Assembly: GCF_964204645.1 (NCBI RefSeq) | Contig: NC_134029.1 | Coordinates: 7,092,750-7,156,749 of the forward strand | DNA length: 64,000 bases | Reading direction: 5' to 3' | DNA from: Tubulanus polymorphus | Taxonomy: Eukaryota; Animalia; Nemertea | In this document: positions 28,517 through 39,589 of the stretch, piece after piece | Layout: every line of letters begins with the position of its first letter | Position numbering within the stretch: position 1 is the first letter of the stretch | Made by a program: the position numbers and the translations under genes | Notes under the pieces: generated by a model | Databases searched by the model: none | What the model was told of the DNA's origin: nothing | The model's input: only the letters and a program-made list of their open reading frames with translations

Positions 28517-28837
28517 CCACTTCTTAATTAACATAAAACGGTAACGTAAATTCTATATGTATACATGTAGTACGGAGTTACATATATATGATAACAAGTC
28601 AATATATGAATATATTTACCCTTCCAGAAGATAAATGCCGTTACAGGTTTATTTTGACAAATTCATTGTCTTGCAAAGGTAATATCAGTACTATGAGCTA
28701 AGATATGAGTAATAATATACACGAGTATGTCACGTTAATCGGAGTATAATATTGTACCTTGGTTTTTCCTCATAGTAGGCCTCGACTGGGAATCACGAGA
28801 TATATTTAAGTTTTCGTAGTTTATAGATATTATTTCT

Positions 28838-28865
28838 ACACACACGCACACGCACACGCACACGC

Positions 28866-28897
<32 letters not shown>
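28838..28897. repeat. (CA)n/(CACACG)n compound microsatellite
   Basis: Directly visible. Confidence 0.95.
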
Positions 28898-29079
28898 TAG
28901 ACCAGCGTGTGACTGTCGCTGTCGTCGGACGACACCACGTCAATAAATCATTCAACATTTTATTCGTAGAGGAGCCGTGTTAACCGGGTGTAGAATACAG
29001 ACCTGCCAACCCCAGAAATATGTTGTCAGTACAGATTTTTTTGTACAGAGTTTGTCAGTATTTTCTTGAGTTTTGCGAT

Positions 29080-29250
29080 AACACGGAGGAGATTTGGCCC
29101 GTGCCAAAGTGGCACGGATCAGGCCTGAGCCAAATTTGGCCCGTGCCTAATTGGAGCGCGCAAACCACTCATTTGATACTAAACAATGTTCAAATGCAAT
29201 CCATTGTCCCGTGCTAAAATTTGGCTAGGGCCTGGTCCGACATTTTTGGT
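29080..29250. mobile_element. Partial copy of MITE family E
   Basis: ACACGGAG..GATTTGGCCCG...GGATCAGGCC.GAG.CAAATTT...CCACTCA...GATACTAA matches 26245-26345 and 26550-26660. Confidence 0.7.
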
Positions 29251-30134
29251 CGAATTAACTAGTTAACGTATAGGTACTACTCTCGTCTCGTTGCATTTTA
29301 AATATTTTGTGAGCGCGTGTCCGCCCGTCAAAGTCATATTTGATAAGGTTTGCTTAACAATAGTGAATAGCTGCTGTTCGGACAGATTCTACTAAACGCA
29401 TCATCAATGTACTATCTTGATCATCGTACGATCGACTTTCGTCTTGGTACCCGGAAAAAATATGAACAAGAAATACATTTATGAAGCGTGGGATTTCTGA
29501 GTATTCTAGACTTAAAGAGTAGAAGAGTACTTTTCTATTCGAAAGACATACCCATTTCCTTACCCAAGAAGGATAAATTTCGATTTTGATTAAATTTACT
29601 AATTGAAGCTTATTTTTGATACGTATACAGTTACAGTCAGTCCACATTGATCTATCGCTTGATGGTACGCAGTATTGGCTTAAACTGCTTTATTTTTCGT
29701 AGTTTACAGAATATTCTATATTCTGGTCCTACACATTAGTCGACCGGCGTGTGACTGTTCGCAGTCGTCAGACACCACGAAAATAAATCATCAAAAATTC
29801 TACAGGTCCATATGCTTACCTAAGAAGGACAAAATTTGATTTCGATTTCTTAAAGCTATTGACTTTTTGAAAAACTTACTCTTGATTTAAACTTCTTTTT
29901 TTGATTCGTACATACAGGAAGTAGTCAATATTGATTTAGGAAAAACGGATTGCCGAAAACAGCGAGTAGACGTAAAAAGGAAATGTTCGGTTCATTAACA
30001 CGCAGTCCCTTAAGTCAAAGTCCGTCATAACACCATCCTTTTTCATGCCACTGCGCGCCTAACGCCAACATTTTACAGAGAACAAATTTGCCCGATCTAA
30101 CTCGAATTCAATGAAAATACCATTCTTTGCAAGG

Positions 30135-30169
30135 CCATGGACGTATAAACTAGTTTTATACGTCCATGG
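30135..30169. repeat. 35-bp near-perfect palindrome (CCATGGACGTATAAA-ctagt-TTTATACGTCCATGG), likely a minimal TIR-only element
   Basis: 15-bp perfect arms. Confidence 0.8.
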
Positions 30170-30172
30170 TAA

Positions 30173-30397
30173 GGCTAAACAAAAATGATACATTGTTTCT
30201 TCGCAACGGCCGGGTCATATTTGTAAAAGATAATATACTATTTGTAATCAATTCATTTCTATAGCTGCCGGGTCTGTTAAATCAGAAATGATCACGATTA
30301 TTTTTAAGTAAGTGTACAGGGTAAATAGTTGGCCGGCCGGATCAAGTTTTAAGCCCAGCAGAGCGAAGAAAACAAGGTATCAATACTTTTTTTAGCC
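30173..30397. mobile_element. PIF/Harbinger-like MITE with TAA TSD, in the furin 3' UTR
   Basis: TAA|GGCTAAACAAAAATGATAC ... GTATCAATACTTTTTTTAGCC|TAA. Confidence 0.7.
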
Positions 30398-30488
30398 TAA
30401 CGCCAATTTCGTTATATCGTCATGTTTTCCGTTGGTCCAACAGCGGCATTATAAAGGACTTGTACTCTACTTCCAAAGAACATCAAAG

Positions 30489-30979
30489 TCAATTTATTAC
30501 TACATCACCATTTATGCCACTCGAACCTTTACTTAAAATGTCTACGTCGCCTATAGGAGTAACAACATCGCCTATATGAGCAACAACATCGCCTACATGA
30601 TCAACGACGCCATCATTATTTATGACAACAGCATTATCTGTGACGTCATCATTATCCGAGTTGTCCGCCTCCTCGTCGTCGGTATTGAGAACGTCGTATT
30701 TGACGGTGTTATTTTCAACTCGATTCTGAGAGTTTCCGAACAGCTTTCGCCGTTCGTCTTTGAATTGGAAAATGAGAAACAATACAATGGCGAATAAAGC
30801 GATGACAAACAGCACGCTACCGACAATGTAAAGACCTATAGCTTTCGATCGGATCGGGCGGCATGCATTCGTACGAAATTCGACCATTCCAACGTGCGTT
30901 AGTTTTACGTATTTAACTGTGTTAGACGGACATTCACTTTGGCAAAGGGCGTCCAGCAGAACGTAACCGTTGTAACATG
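30489..30979 (-). CDS. furin: Furin terminal exon of the membrane isoform: Cys-rich segment, TM helix, cytosolic tail (~763-aa isoform)
   Basis: Acceptor tttttttcag in phase 1 joins exon 13b to give TTCIACYNGYVLLDALCQSECP, a furin-like Cys repeat. TM helix AIGLYIVGSVLFVIALFAIVLFLIF, then a basic stop-transfer, a YDVL (YxxPhi) motif and the acidic cluster TDDEEADNSDNDD. Confidence 0.85.
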
Positions 30980-32770
30980 CTGAAAAAAACAAAGATTAAA
31001 CTCGTTCAAAGCAAAGGTAAAGTGACTTAGAGGCAAGCGGGTTTTACTTCGAGTGTTGGCTGTCAAGTAAACTGAAAGAATAAGTGGTTGTAATATAACT
31101 AATGAACACGTTATATTTAGCAAATTATCGGATGGAAAAGAATTCCAGAGAAAGAAAGCATAGAAAATATACATATAGCAACACAATGAAATCGAGGGTT
31201 AGTTCTCACATCACACGTATCACACACGCTCATACAAAATATTTAGCATCAACAGTAAGACATATTTGGCACATTCAATACTAGGGGACACTCGAAAAAA
31301 TGTATGTATAATCATGCTCACAAATCAAAATTTTCCAAGCTTTTCAAAAAAAGGTTTCAAACACATATTTCTACATGGTAACTTCGGGCCAATTTTCCCA
31401 CTCAAAATTAATTGATGACATTTGCGGATCTCTGATCAATTCGATTAGAAGCAAAATCTTTAAAACTAGATCCATTGTCATGCTATCCGCCAGCTATATA
31501 TGCTATGGCAAAATCCAATAAGTCAAAAACTATGGAACTGGTTCCACAGAACACACGAAAATGTACAACACTGAACACTACAAGGATAAACGTGGAAAAG
31601 GCACGGATTCATGCAGCCAGTTCCACTGAACAGTTGATGATTCAAAATGTGTGCATTTCTAATTGGAATCAGAATTGTCGTTAACCAGGTCGATTTTGAA
31701 TCAACAATATCATATAATTAGATATATCATTAGAGTAACAAAATACATGCGTTGTCTGGAATTTTACCTGTATCGGGTTTATAACGTGGAAGTTCAATTC
31801 AGTTCACGACGAACAAAGAACAGCGAGTAGAACAGCGAGAGCGCCAAAACTTGTCAGATACGCAACATTCATCACGCAGAAAAATACACCGTAATCAGGA
31901 TTGCACAAAGCCCACGACCGCTCTTAGTTAAGAATGGGTAAAACTGACACAATCGCAATGGAATTTAATATTGGTTCACTGAAATCCCTAGAGAGCATGA
32001 GGTACAGACCCTGGCACTATAGCCATATACGACAATTCATTATACACATTTCAATCGAGATTTTTTTCGTCGACATTAACTTTAGAACAAGAAAATAGCA
32101 AGAAAAGCAACCATAACAACCAGGATAAGAGTTATCGATATTTATTACAGATTTACATGACTTGCACCATGAGGAACCTTACAGGACGAAAAAGAGTTGT
32201 TCATCATTTACAAAATCAATCCTTTAAATGAAATGTCAATAAACATCTTAAGATTGTAATAATTATATCAATATAATAATATGGTAATAATAATAATTAA
32301 ATAGTAATATAAATAAGACCCCTGAATTCAATAAAATGAACGCCCGAAAGGCAAGTCAACAAATAACTTGTGCTCTAACGAAGATTTATGCTATTGATAT
32401 GGATAGTTTTTTCTCAAACGAACCCTAGAATTCAGAGGAGACGACTCATCATCGTATAAATTAATGCGAAAGATTATTCTCTCGGGTATTGTCAAACGAA
32501 CATTCTATTATTATGACATATATCGTTGTACATGAAGTTCATACGCGTAACATACGAGGACAGATAACAACTATACACGATAAATATTACATCATCATCA
32601 TCATCGGGTGGAAAATTTATAGCCAAAATCTATTGCATATTTCAGGTTATTGTTATCATCGTTTATGGCATATAAATCCGTTCATTGCAGTATTATGACA
32701 TATATCAAATTACTTCTAGTTTTTGCGGCACAGTTGCACATACAAAACGAGGGTTGGCACCCCTTGATAG

Positions 32771-33345
32771 CAGGGGCGGATCCAGGCTGGAAGAGAGGAG
32801 GGTTCACCTCATGCGAAAAGGGCACTTTATAGTCTTGGCGGGTGCCCTGAAGAGCGCAGCAGGTATGAAGCCTTCGTAGCCAGAGCCGTCGGAAGGGATT
32901 TTTCAGTGGCGAGGCTTATTTCTGAAGGAGGGGGGGGGTCTTTTTGAAAATTCAATCGCCGGAGATGCGTTTTGGGGCCATTTCACGGTCTCATTCACAG
33001 AAGCATGAGAAGTCGTGAGCCAACCACCTAGTACAGAGAACAACGAGTTGCTACACGGTACAGCGTGCTTTTGAAAAAAGCATAACAAATTTTTTGTTAA
33101 GCAAAAAAGTGGGGCGGCTTTAGCCACCCCTGCCACCCCATTCCGACGGCCCTGGTAGCGGGGTCTGAGGCCCTCCCCCGGTAAATTTTGAACATTTAGG
33201 CACATTTTTATAGAATTTCGTGCATCTAATTAGATCGAGATCAGTATAGCAGTTAAGACGCATATATCAAATAGATTCGATCAGAAAGGGTACTTGATCA
33301 GAAAAGAACTTCCCTTTGGGTCGGCCCCCTCGATACGCAGTAGTG
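32771..33345. mobile_element. hAT-like non-autonomous element (outer), degenerate right end
   Basis: CAGGGGCGGATCCAGG left end. Right end degenerate (CCCCCTCGATACGC). Similar ends at ~51740-51753 and ~62613-62630. Confidence 0.45.
32881..33154. mobile_element. hAT-like MITE nested in the previous element, 5-bp TSD GTAGC
   Basis: GTAGC|CAGAGCCGTCGGAA ... TTCCGACGGCCCTG|GTAGC. Confidence 0.8.
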
Positions 33346-34269
33346 ACTGAAACTGCTGGTATCCAGTACTTTCCCAGTATGCAGGTTGACCTGTACGCAG
33401 TAAGCGTGTTAAATTAGACTGGTCGTTTCAATATCATCAGAACACATCTGAACATTAGAATGAGTAATCAGTAGGCAGTCAGCACTTTAAATAGTTAGCG
33501 GAACCTCATATAGACAGAAAAGTTTGTGAAATGAATCCATTATCTCTATAACTCTCTTAACCAGTATTCAGGAAATATGTACCGGTATTCATTCGAGTAT
33601 TGTAGGTTTTCGGGTGCCAACCCTCATAAACTGGGCCGTTCTTTTTTTCAAACAGCGACTTACTATACTGCGGGAATCATCTCTGAATATTAATTATCAG
33701 GTACGTACATAAATCCACAGTAACAACGATAAATATATTCACAAATTTGGGTAGACCTACGTAAACGGGCCCGGGATTATCAAAAAAGTTCGAAAATCTG
33801 GCATAGTTACTTAAACCGAATACTTGCATATATTCAATTGTATTATACCAAAATATTCTCGACGTCTGTCATGTTGCTGAACATCATTTCCAGTTTCAAC
33901 GGTATAAAAACTGACAATCTCATCGATAATCCCAAAAAGAACAACGGGTAGACGACCGCCATTATATCATAACTCCACCCTAAATAGTCCATAATCATGC
34001 AAATATTTCGAGGTGGTAATAATAACATTCGGTGAGTACAAAATAGTACACAATAGTACACAATATATATGTATATATTATATACATACATTGTGTGTGT
34101 TCTACAATGAATTGTTACGGATGTAAAGGGTAGTGATAAAATCTACAGTACAAAACTACGTAAAATATCGTTTCTGTGTGCTACGTTTTTTTTTCTCATT
34201 TTGTTCATATTGGCTACGCAATTTCCCGGGGGCATTACTCACATAGTATAACACCATCATTGCCGCATT

Positions 34270-34273
<4 letters not shown>

Positions 34274-34332
<59 letters not shown>

Positions 34333-34338
34333 ATATAT
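34274..34338. repeat. (TA)n microsatellite
   Basis: Directly visible. Confidence 0.95.
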
Positions 34339-35308
34339 TCATAATACGTAAAATAATTACATTTCATCATTCAATTTTGTCATTAAATAATAAATATCTT
34401 TTATCAAAATAACACTACATAATATCGGTAATAATAAGAAAATGTTCCCTAGTTATGTGTGTGTGTATAGGGATTGAAAATAAACGTCGTGCAAAAAAGG
34501 TCTTTATTTCGATTCTTTTGCGAAAATAAATGCACCCTTTATCGAGGATTTTTTCTTCGTTTAAAAAAAAGAAGTTTTTATCAAAAAAGAATTTCACACG
34601 TGAACGTTCGACGTCATTCGATCAGAAGACTGGCAACAAATGTATTCAGAAATTAAGATTAACGCACTCTATGAAAAGAACCTGCATTTTGACTTCAAAA
34701 AACCACACTTTTTCAAAAGTCCAAACGATTTCTTAGTATCTACGTTTAAACCCGACACAACCACGCGCGATAGCATGCTATGGTGATCGTGAATTAGTCC
34801 TCACTATCCCTGAGTACTTCGCTATTGTACCGAAAACAAATTAAAAAGTTCGATTTAAAAATAAAACATATTAAAAAAATAAAAGTCTCATCATGGCGTT
34901 ATATCCATTCATCAAACATTCACCTAAAACGAAGTATAAATATGCCCATCCAAACTACGAAGACACGTTAAACAGAAACTGACGAAAATTTCAAAACGAA
35001 ACTAACTACGTTGTACAAGAAATCGCGGGTGCATCACGAAACTACGTAGTACAAAACGCTGCAAAATCAATACAATTCAAAACTGAGAGGTCCCAGTCTG
35101 AATACGAAACAGCCTTTACCCGATCATATCGCTAATAATTAACAATGGTACTAAGATACTGAATCATAGTATCGCTAATTACTCCAAGACTAGAACCTAA
35201 CTGATGCACAAAGACGATTCTTCAGCTGCCATTATTGAACATATTATAATATTAATACTACAAAGTTGCCATACTGTCCGCACTTGTTTAGCTGTGACTC
35301 TAGAACTT

Positions 35309-35666
35309 GGGCCCTGTTGTGCTGTCATGACTTTAATACAAAGCAGTTGTAAATCTTATAGTCATAAGTTGTCAGATAGGCTAGACAACCAAAATGAGCT
35401 TAGACTGCCTGGGGCCAGTTGCATAGTCATGGCTTAGACCAGTCAAAGACCAACTTAGTTCTATAGCTAATCTAACAACTTAAGACCAGTCTTAAGATTT
35501 AAGACCACTTTTGGACTTAAGTCATGACTGTGCAACTGGCCCCTGGTCTTAAGTTGTTTAGATTGGCTACAGAACTAAATTGGTCTTAGACTGGTCTTAA
35601 GTCTAAGCCATGACTGTGCAACTGGCCCCAGGTCTTAAATCTAAGCCATGACCACGCAACTGCCCC
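35309..35666. mobile_element. Nest of three copies of Harbinger-like MITE family B (intact inner copy 35412-35542 with CTG TSD)
   Basis: Two left TIRs (35309, 35412) and three right TIRs (CATGAC..(T/C)GCAACTG(G)CCC ending 35542, 35628, 35666), each right TIR followed by CWG. Confidence 0.8.
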
Positions 35667-37446
35667 CTGGTGGCATTGAGAGACACCCCTACATAAACCA
35701 TGGAAGTCCGGTTTCGAATCCCAATGAGGACACATGCGGTTTTGCCAGGCGGATACTAAGTTAAGGAAGTAGCTTATTAGGATACAGTTTTTTTTAAGCC
35801 TTCGTCTCAGTAAATAAACGCTGACCCCCTTGTCCACTGCATGTCGGAGGCCCAAGAGCGGATGAATAGAAATATACCTTTTGAAAATGACCACCACCAA
35901 ACGCAAGAACTGACAGGTGGAGAATTAAAGCTGTGCCAAATATGCCCTACACATGACGTCCATTTCACACTCACACAGAATCCATATGTGAGATTCATCA
36001 GTTAACTAAGGAAACAATGAACATTCTTTGACTAGAAAATTAATCGGTAAGGACAGGATAATTCTACCTATTGGCAATCAAGATCGGCAATAGCGAAGCC
36101 AGAAGTTCGATATGAAAATAGCGCATTCATGCCAGCGACGGTCGCGGAAATGATATCTTCTTCACTTTCAAATTAAACCACGGAAATGCAGCCAATCCCT
36201 GCTCCAAACTCTTTCTACATCTACTGCATATGCATACAAATCAGCTACCAGTCTATATAATTTCCCACTAGTTAGTGTATCTAACAGGAGTATGCAAATT
36301 TAGCGAAGAGTATATTGTGGGTTTTTTGAAGTCAACAAGCCCGGTGTAATAGAGGAAATCAGTAATAAAAAAATTCAAAAAATCAAGCTCATAGTGAGGG
36401 AAAAAGTGTGTGTGACCTTTATATAGTCGATATTGATAGAACATTCACCAGGTATTCTTCCTAACGTACATTATATATGCTAAATACAGATATCATAAAC
36501 ATGGATATCTATTAACTGGGTGGGCCACAAAGATAACAATTGCTATCCGTGATTAAATAGGCTAATAATAATGAGCACTTTCAGTAATCAGTAACAAACA
36601 TTCTCAGTAACATTTTAACGCATGAAACAAAAATGTTCAAATCATCGAACAAATTAAACTTGAAAATGTCTCTTGCTGAGTTGAGTATTGTTAAATGCTA
36701 ATTGGACATTTACATGGGACATTCGAAATATTGCCGTCACAAAAAAGATTTCAATCTTATCTAGATATTACGAGAGTGAGTCCAACTTCAATTGTGGACC
36801 CAACTGGCACTCATAAGTGATTTGAATGTTGAAATAAGCAGCTTAATGGGAAATGAATTAGTAGAAACAAGTCTATTTTAATGGTTATCTTTTTGATGGG
36901 GTGAATTAGCAGTTAACTACACTCAAATTGTAGTGCAATGTAGGCAGGTCAACTGACGTATACTTAAATGCATATAGAATACGATTTCTATTCCGGAAAC
37001 CGGATGAATTCCGTTGGTCCCAAATAGTCAAATTAATCAGTAGACTTTTGCCTTGCATCGGAAGCTGCCCCGGAAACAGAAGAACAAGAATTCGGGAAAG
37101 TAATTAAAATTCTACTGGGAGGGTAGTATCTAGTTGGATGGCCAAGTTTTTTGAATCAAAAAACTATCCGCAATCGGTGGAATCGAATAGGTTCCATATA
37201 TTCTCGATTTTGACCTGGTGAATGTTTCCTAAAAAGAGGTCTATAGCAACTAAACAGAGCATAGTTTCATAACATTAGGAATGTATATCCTCGTTGAAAT
37301 ACATAACGTACGTAATATATATCAAATGAAATAAATAAAGCTCTAGCGATAAAATATATATATAATTCATATACGCAATAAATATCAAACTCGTGGAATG
37401 TTTTGACGACAAATTCCCAAAACCATGAACAGTAACAGGCACCAAC

Positions 37447-37569
37447 CTATACATGTAGTGTTGTCAGTATGCATATGGGCGCAGTTGGCGCTGCCGTTCC
37501 ACGTGTGGTTTTTACTCTGCGGGTGAACCGGCGTACCGTGTATAACTAACGTCCATTCTTTCAATTCGG
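37447..37569 (-). CDS. furin: Furin alternative exon 13b: last P-domain strand (ELKEWTLVIHGT) plus start of Cys-rich region
   Basis: 123 nt, phase 1-1, acceptor ttgcag, donor AG|GTTGGT. Reads ELKEWTLVIHGTPVHPQSKNHTWNGSANCAHMHTDNTTCI. Too short to appear in the ORF track. Confidence 0.85.
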
Positions 37570-38278
37570 CTGCAACGTAGAAATGAGAAAGAAATTTTCA
37601 ATTTTGCGAGAGACAGAAATTCGATGAATTAACGTTTTACATATATACAACATGCGTTACATAGAAAAAGAAAAAACTTCATTATTCACGATATTTGCCA
37701 GAGAAGAACTTTTGCATTTCCCTATATTTTCTTAATGGAAATTTCAAGAACGAAGATTGAATACGTTTCAAATATATGTAGTTGCATCAGCAGCAAATCC
37801 AATAATTTGTACTTATGCAGAAGTGTTCGCAAAAATTTCATCAATTGCTCTGGCACAAGAATTATCTTATAGGTATAAATACGAATTTGATATATATGGT
37901 ATGAAAGATGTGTAAAAAGAAGCTTAGAATCCGTGGCTGAACAGAACGTAATAATAACAATCATAGATGAACTGGATTTAAAACTAGTTATGAAAATACA
38001 TAGCACGAAAACAATACTCGTATACAGAAATCAAAGCGTTGCACTCGTCATAACTATACGCGAAGAATAACGAAGCTACTTGTAGTGTTGAAGTGGTGGA
38101 ACGCGAGGTGCGCAAAAACCAAAAACCAAAAACCAAAATTCAATATCAGCTGCCTCTGAATAACGTCTGAAACAATTTTCTAGATGAAGTCATACCGTAG
38201 TAGTAGCACATATAGATCATCAATTTAAAATACAACATCGAATCTTTGTAATATGAAAACACAGAAGCATGCTAGTAT

Positions 38279-38649
38279 TCAACAAAGACTGCATATAGAT
38301 ATAGATACACTGAACATGTACAATAATTCATCCTTGCCTTTGTCATCATCGCGGCCATGATTAGATACTTTACTAAAAGGCGTATTTTTCTTGCGACCAC
38401 AGTTTACGTGGACCTTTGTGGGGCTATAAGGCTTTGAAACCTTTGTCTCCGACAAAGTTTCTTTTTGCCCCGAAGGCGAAGAAGAGTGAGAAGTTTTATT
38501 TGGCGTAGGTCGATTCATACGAGGAGTTTGAACAGTGGCAGTAGTTCGCGCTTGGGTTTTGGTACTGGTGGCAGTGGTCGTAGTGGTGGTAAACCGCGCG
38601 TCGGTGCCATACATAACCAAATGCCACTCCTGTAACTTAGCTGAACGGT
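38279..38649 (-). CDS. furin: Furin alternative exon 13a: last P-domain strand (KLQEWHLVMYGT) plus Thr/Ser-rich tail; terminal exon of a ~682-aa isoform
   Basis: Polypyrimidine acceptor tttctcttgcag in the correct phase (1). Open frame to TGA at 38279-38281. W-x-L-x-x-YGT motif. Confidence 0.8.
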
Positions 38650-39085
38650 CTGCAAGAGAAATAACAGACGATGCTTAAAAGAACATCGTCACCAAGACTG
38701 GAGCAAGAACTTAGCCCGGACACCTCGAGGAGAACCGAGATTACGAAACAAAGGAGAACCAAGATTATGCCGTGTTGCTTCAAGAAATTCCTGTATTTAC
38801 CCATCCGTAATCAACTGCCGCTTAATCATAATTCTAAGTAGGATGCTATGGTAATTTTTTACTACAAAAAACCAATCAAACGATGGAATTTTGTCAAATA
38901 CTCTTCAGTCTGTTTAGTATAATTACTCTTCTAGCTGCAAGCGGCACAACGCATGCCACTGAAGACGTTAGTCATCTTTTTGCGCATCTCTAGTGAGTTA
39001 ACGATTCATAACGTAAACCTGATGCAAGGCCGATGCGCATTCCCCTTAAAGTACATCTCAGCTAAATACCAAATATCAAAATCAG

Positions 39086-39211
39086 GGGTCAATTGCTCAT
39101 AAGATGGTTGGAGTTAAATTATGGACAAATACCATGGTGACGATGCAATTTTAATTGTCAGTATGAAATCTATCCACCAGTAACTTAAGCCAACTTTTGA
39201 ACAACTGACCC
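39086..39211. mobile_element. Harbinger-like MITE (family C)
   Basis: GGGTCAATTGCTCATAAGATGGTT / AGCCAACTTTTGAACAACTGACCC. Confidence 0.7.
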
Positions 39212-39589
39212 GAAAATAAGATTCTGCAACAATCTGAAATTTGTAAGCGACTACCAGTAATTCTGTCAAATTGTTTGAAGTAGGACCATGACGTACGTAT
39301 ATCATAACTAGTTCAAAGTATGAAATCACAACACGAAAAATGCTAGTATCACTCAGTGGTGAAATAGAGAGGAGAATAGAATCACAGCAGTGCGCTGATT
39401 TATCAATATCTTACAACAGAATGAGGGAAATTATGTTGCAAGATGATAGAGATACGTGTACACAAGAGTAAATAATGGCTTATCGAAGGACATTAAGCCC
39501 AAGGCCAAACACTACAGTGATTTAGGAATTTTCTCCCGTCGTCATAAGATGCTAGAAATTTCGTCGTTAAATTCTGATAATCTACGTAC

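Noticed and set aside
30489-30992. Treating the 167-aa TM ORF as an independent gene
   Set aside because: It has no ATG start. It opens at a phase-1 acceptor and completes the Cys repeat begun in furin exon 13b.
35411-35666. Repeated ~25-bp units resembling a CRISPR-like array
   Set aside because: The units are transposon TIRs in mixed orientation, the 'spacers' are homologous to each other, there are no cas genes, and the context is a eukaryotic intron.
35669-35733. tRNA-like sequence with B-box-like GGTTTCGAATCCC (a similar motif on - at ~44755-44772)
   Set aside because: I could not fold a complete cloverleaf. At best this is a degenerate tRNA-derived SINE head; tRNAscan-SE would decide.
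38282-38335. KDEL and CaaX-like (CSLC) motifs in the isoform A tail
   Set aside because: KDEL is not C-terminal, and a lumenal C-terminus would not meet cytosolic prenyltransferases. Both are likely coincidental.
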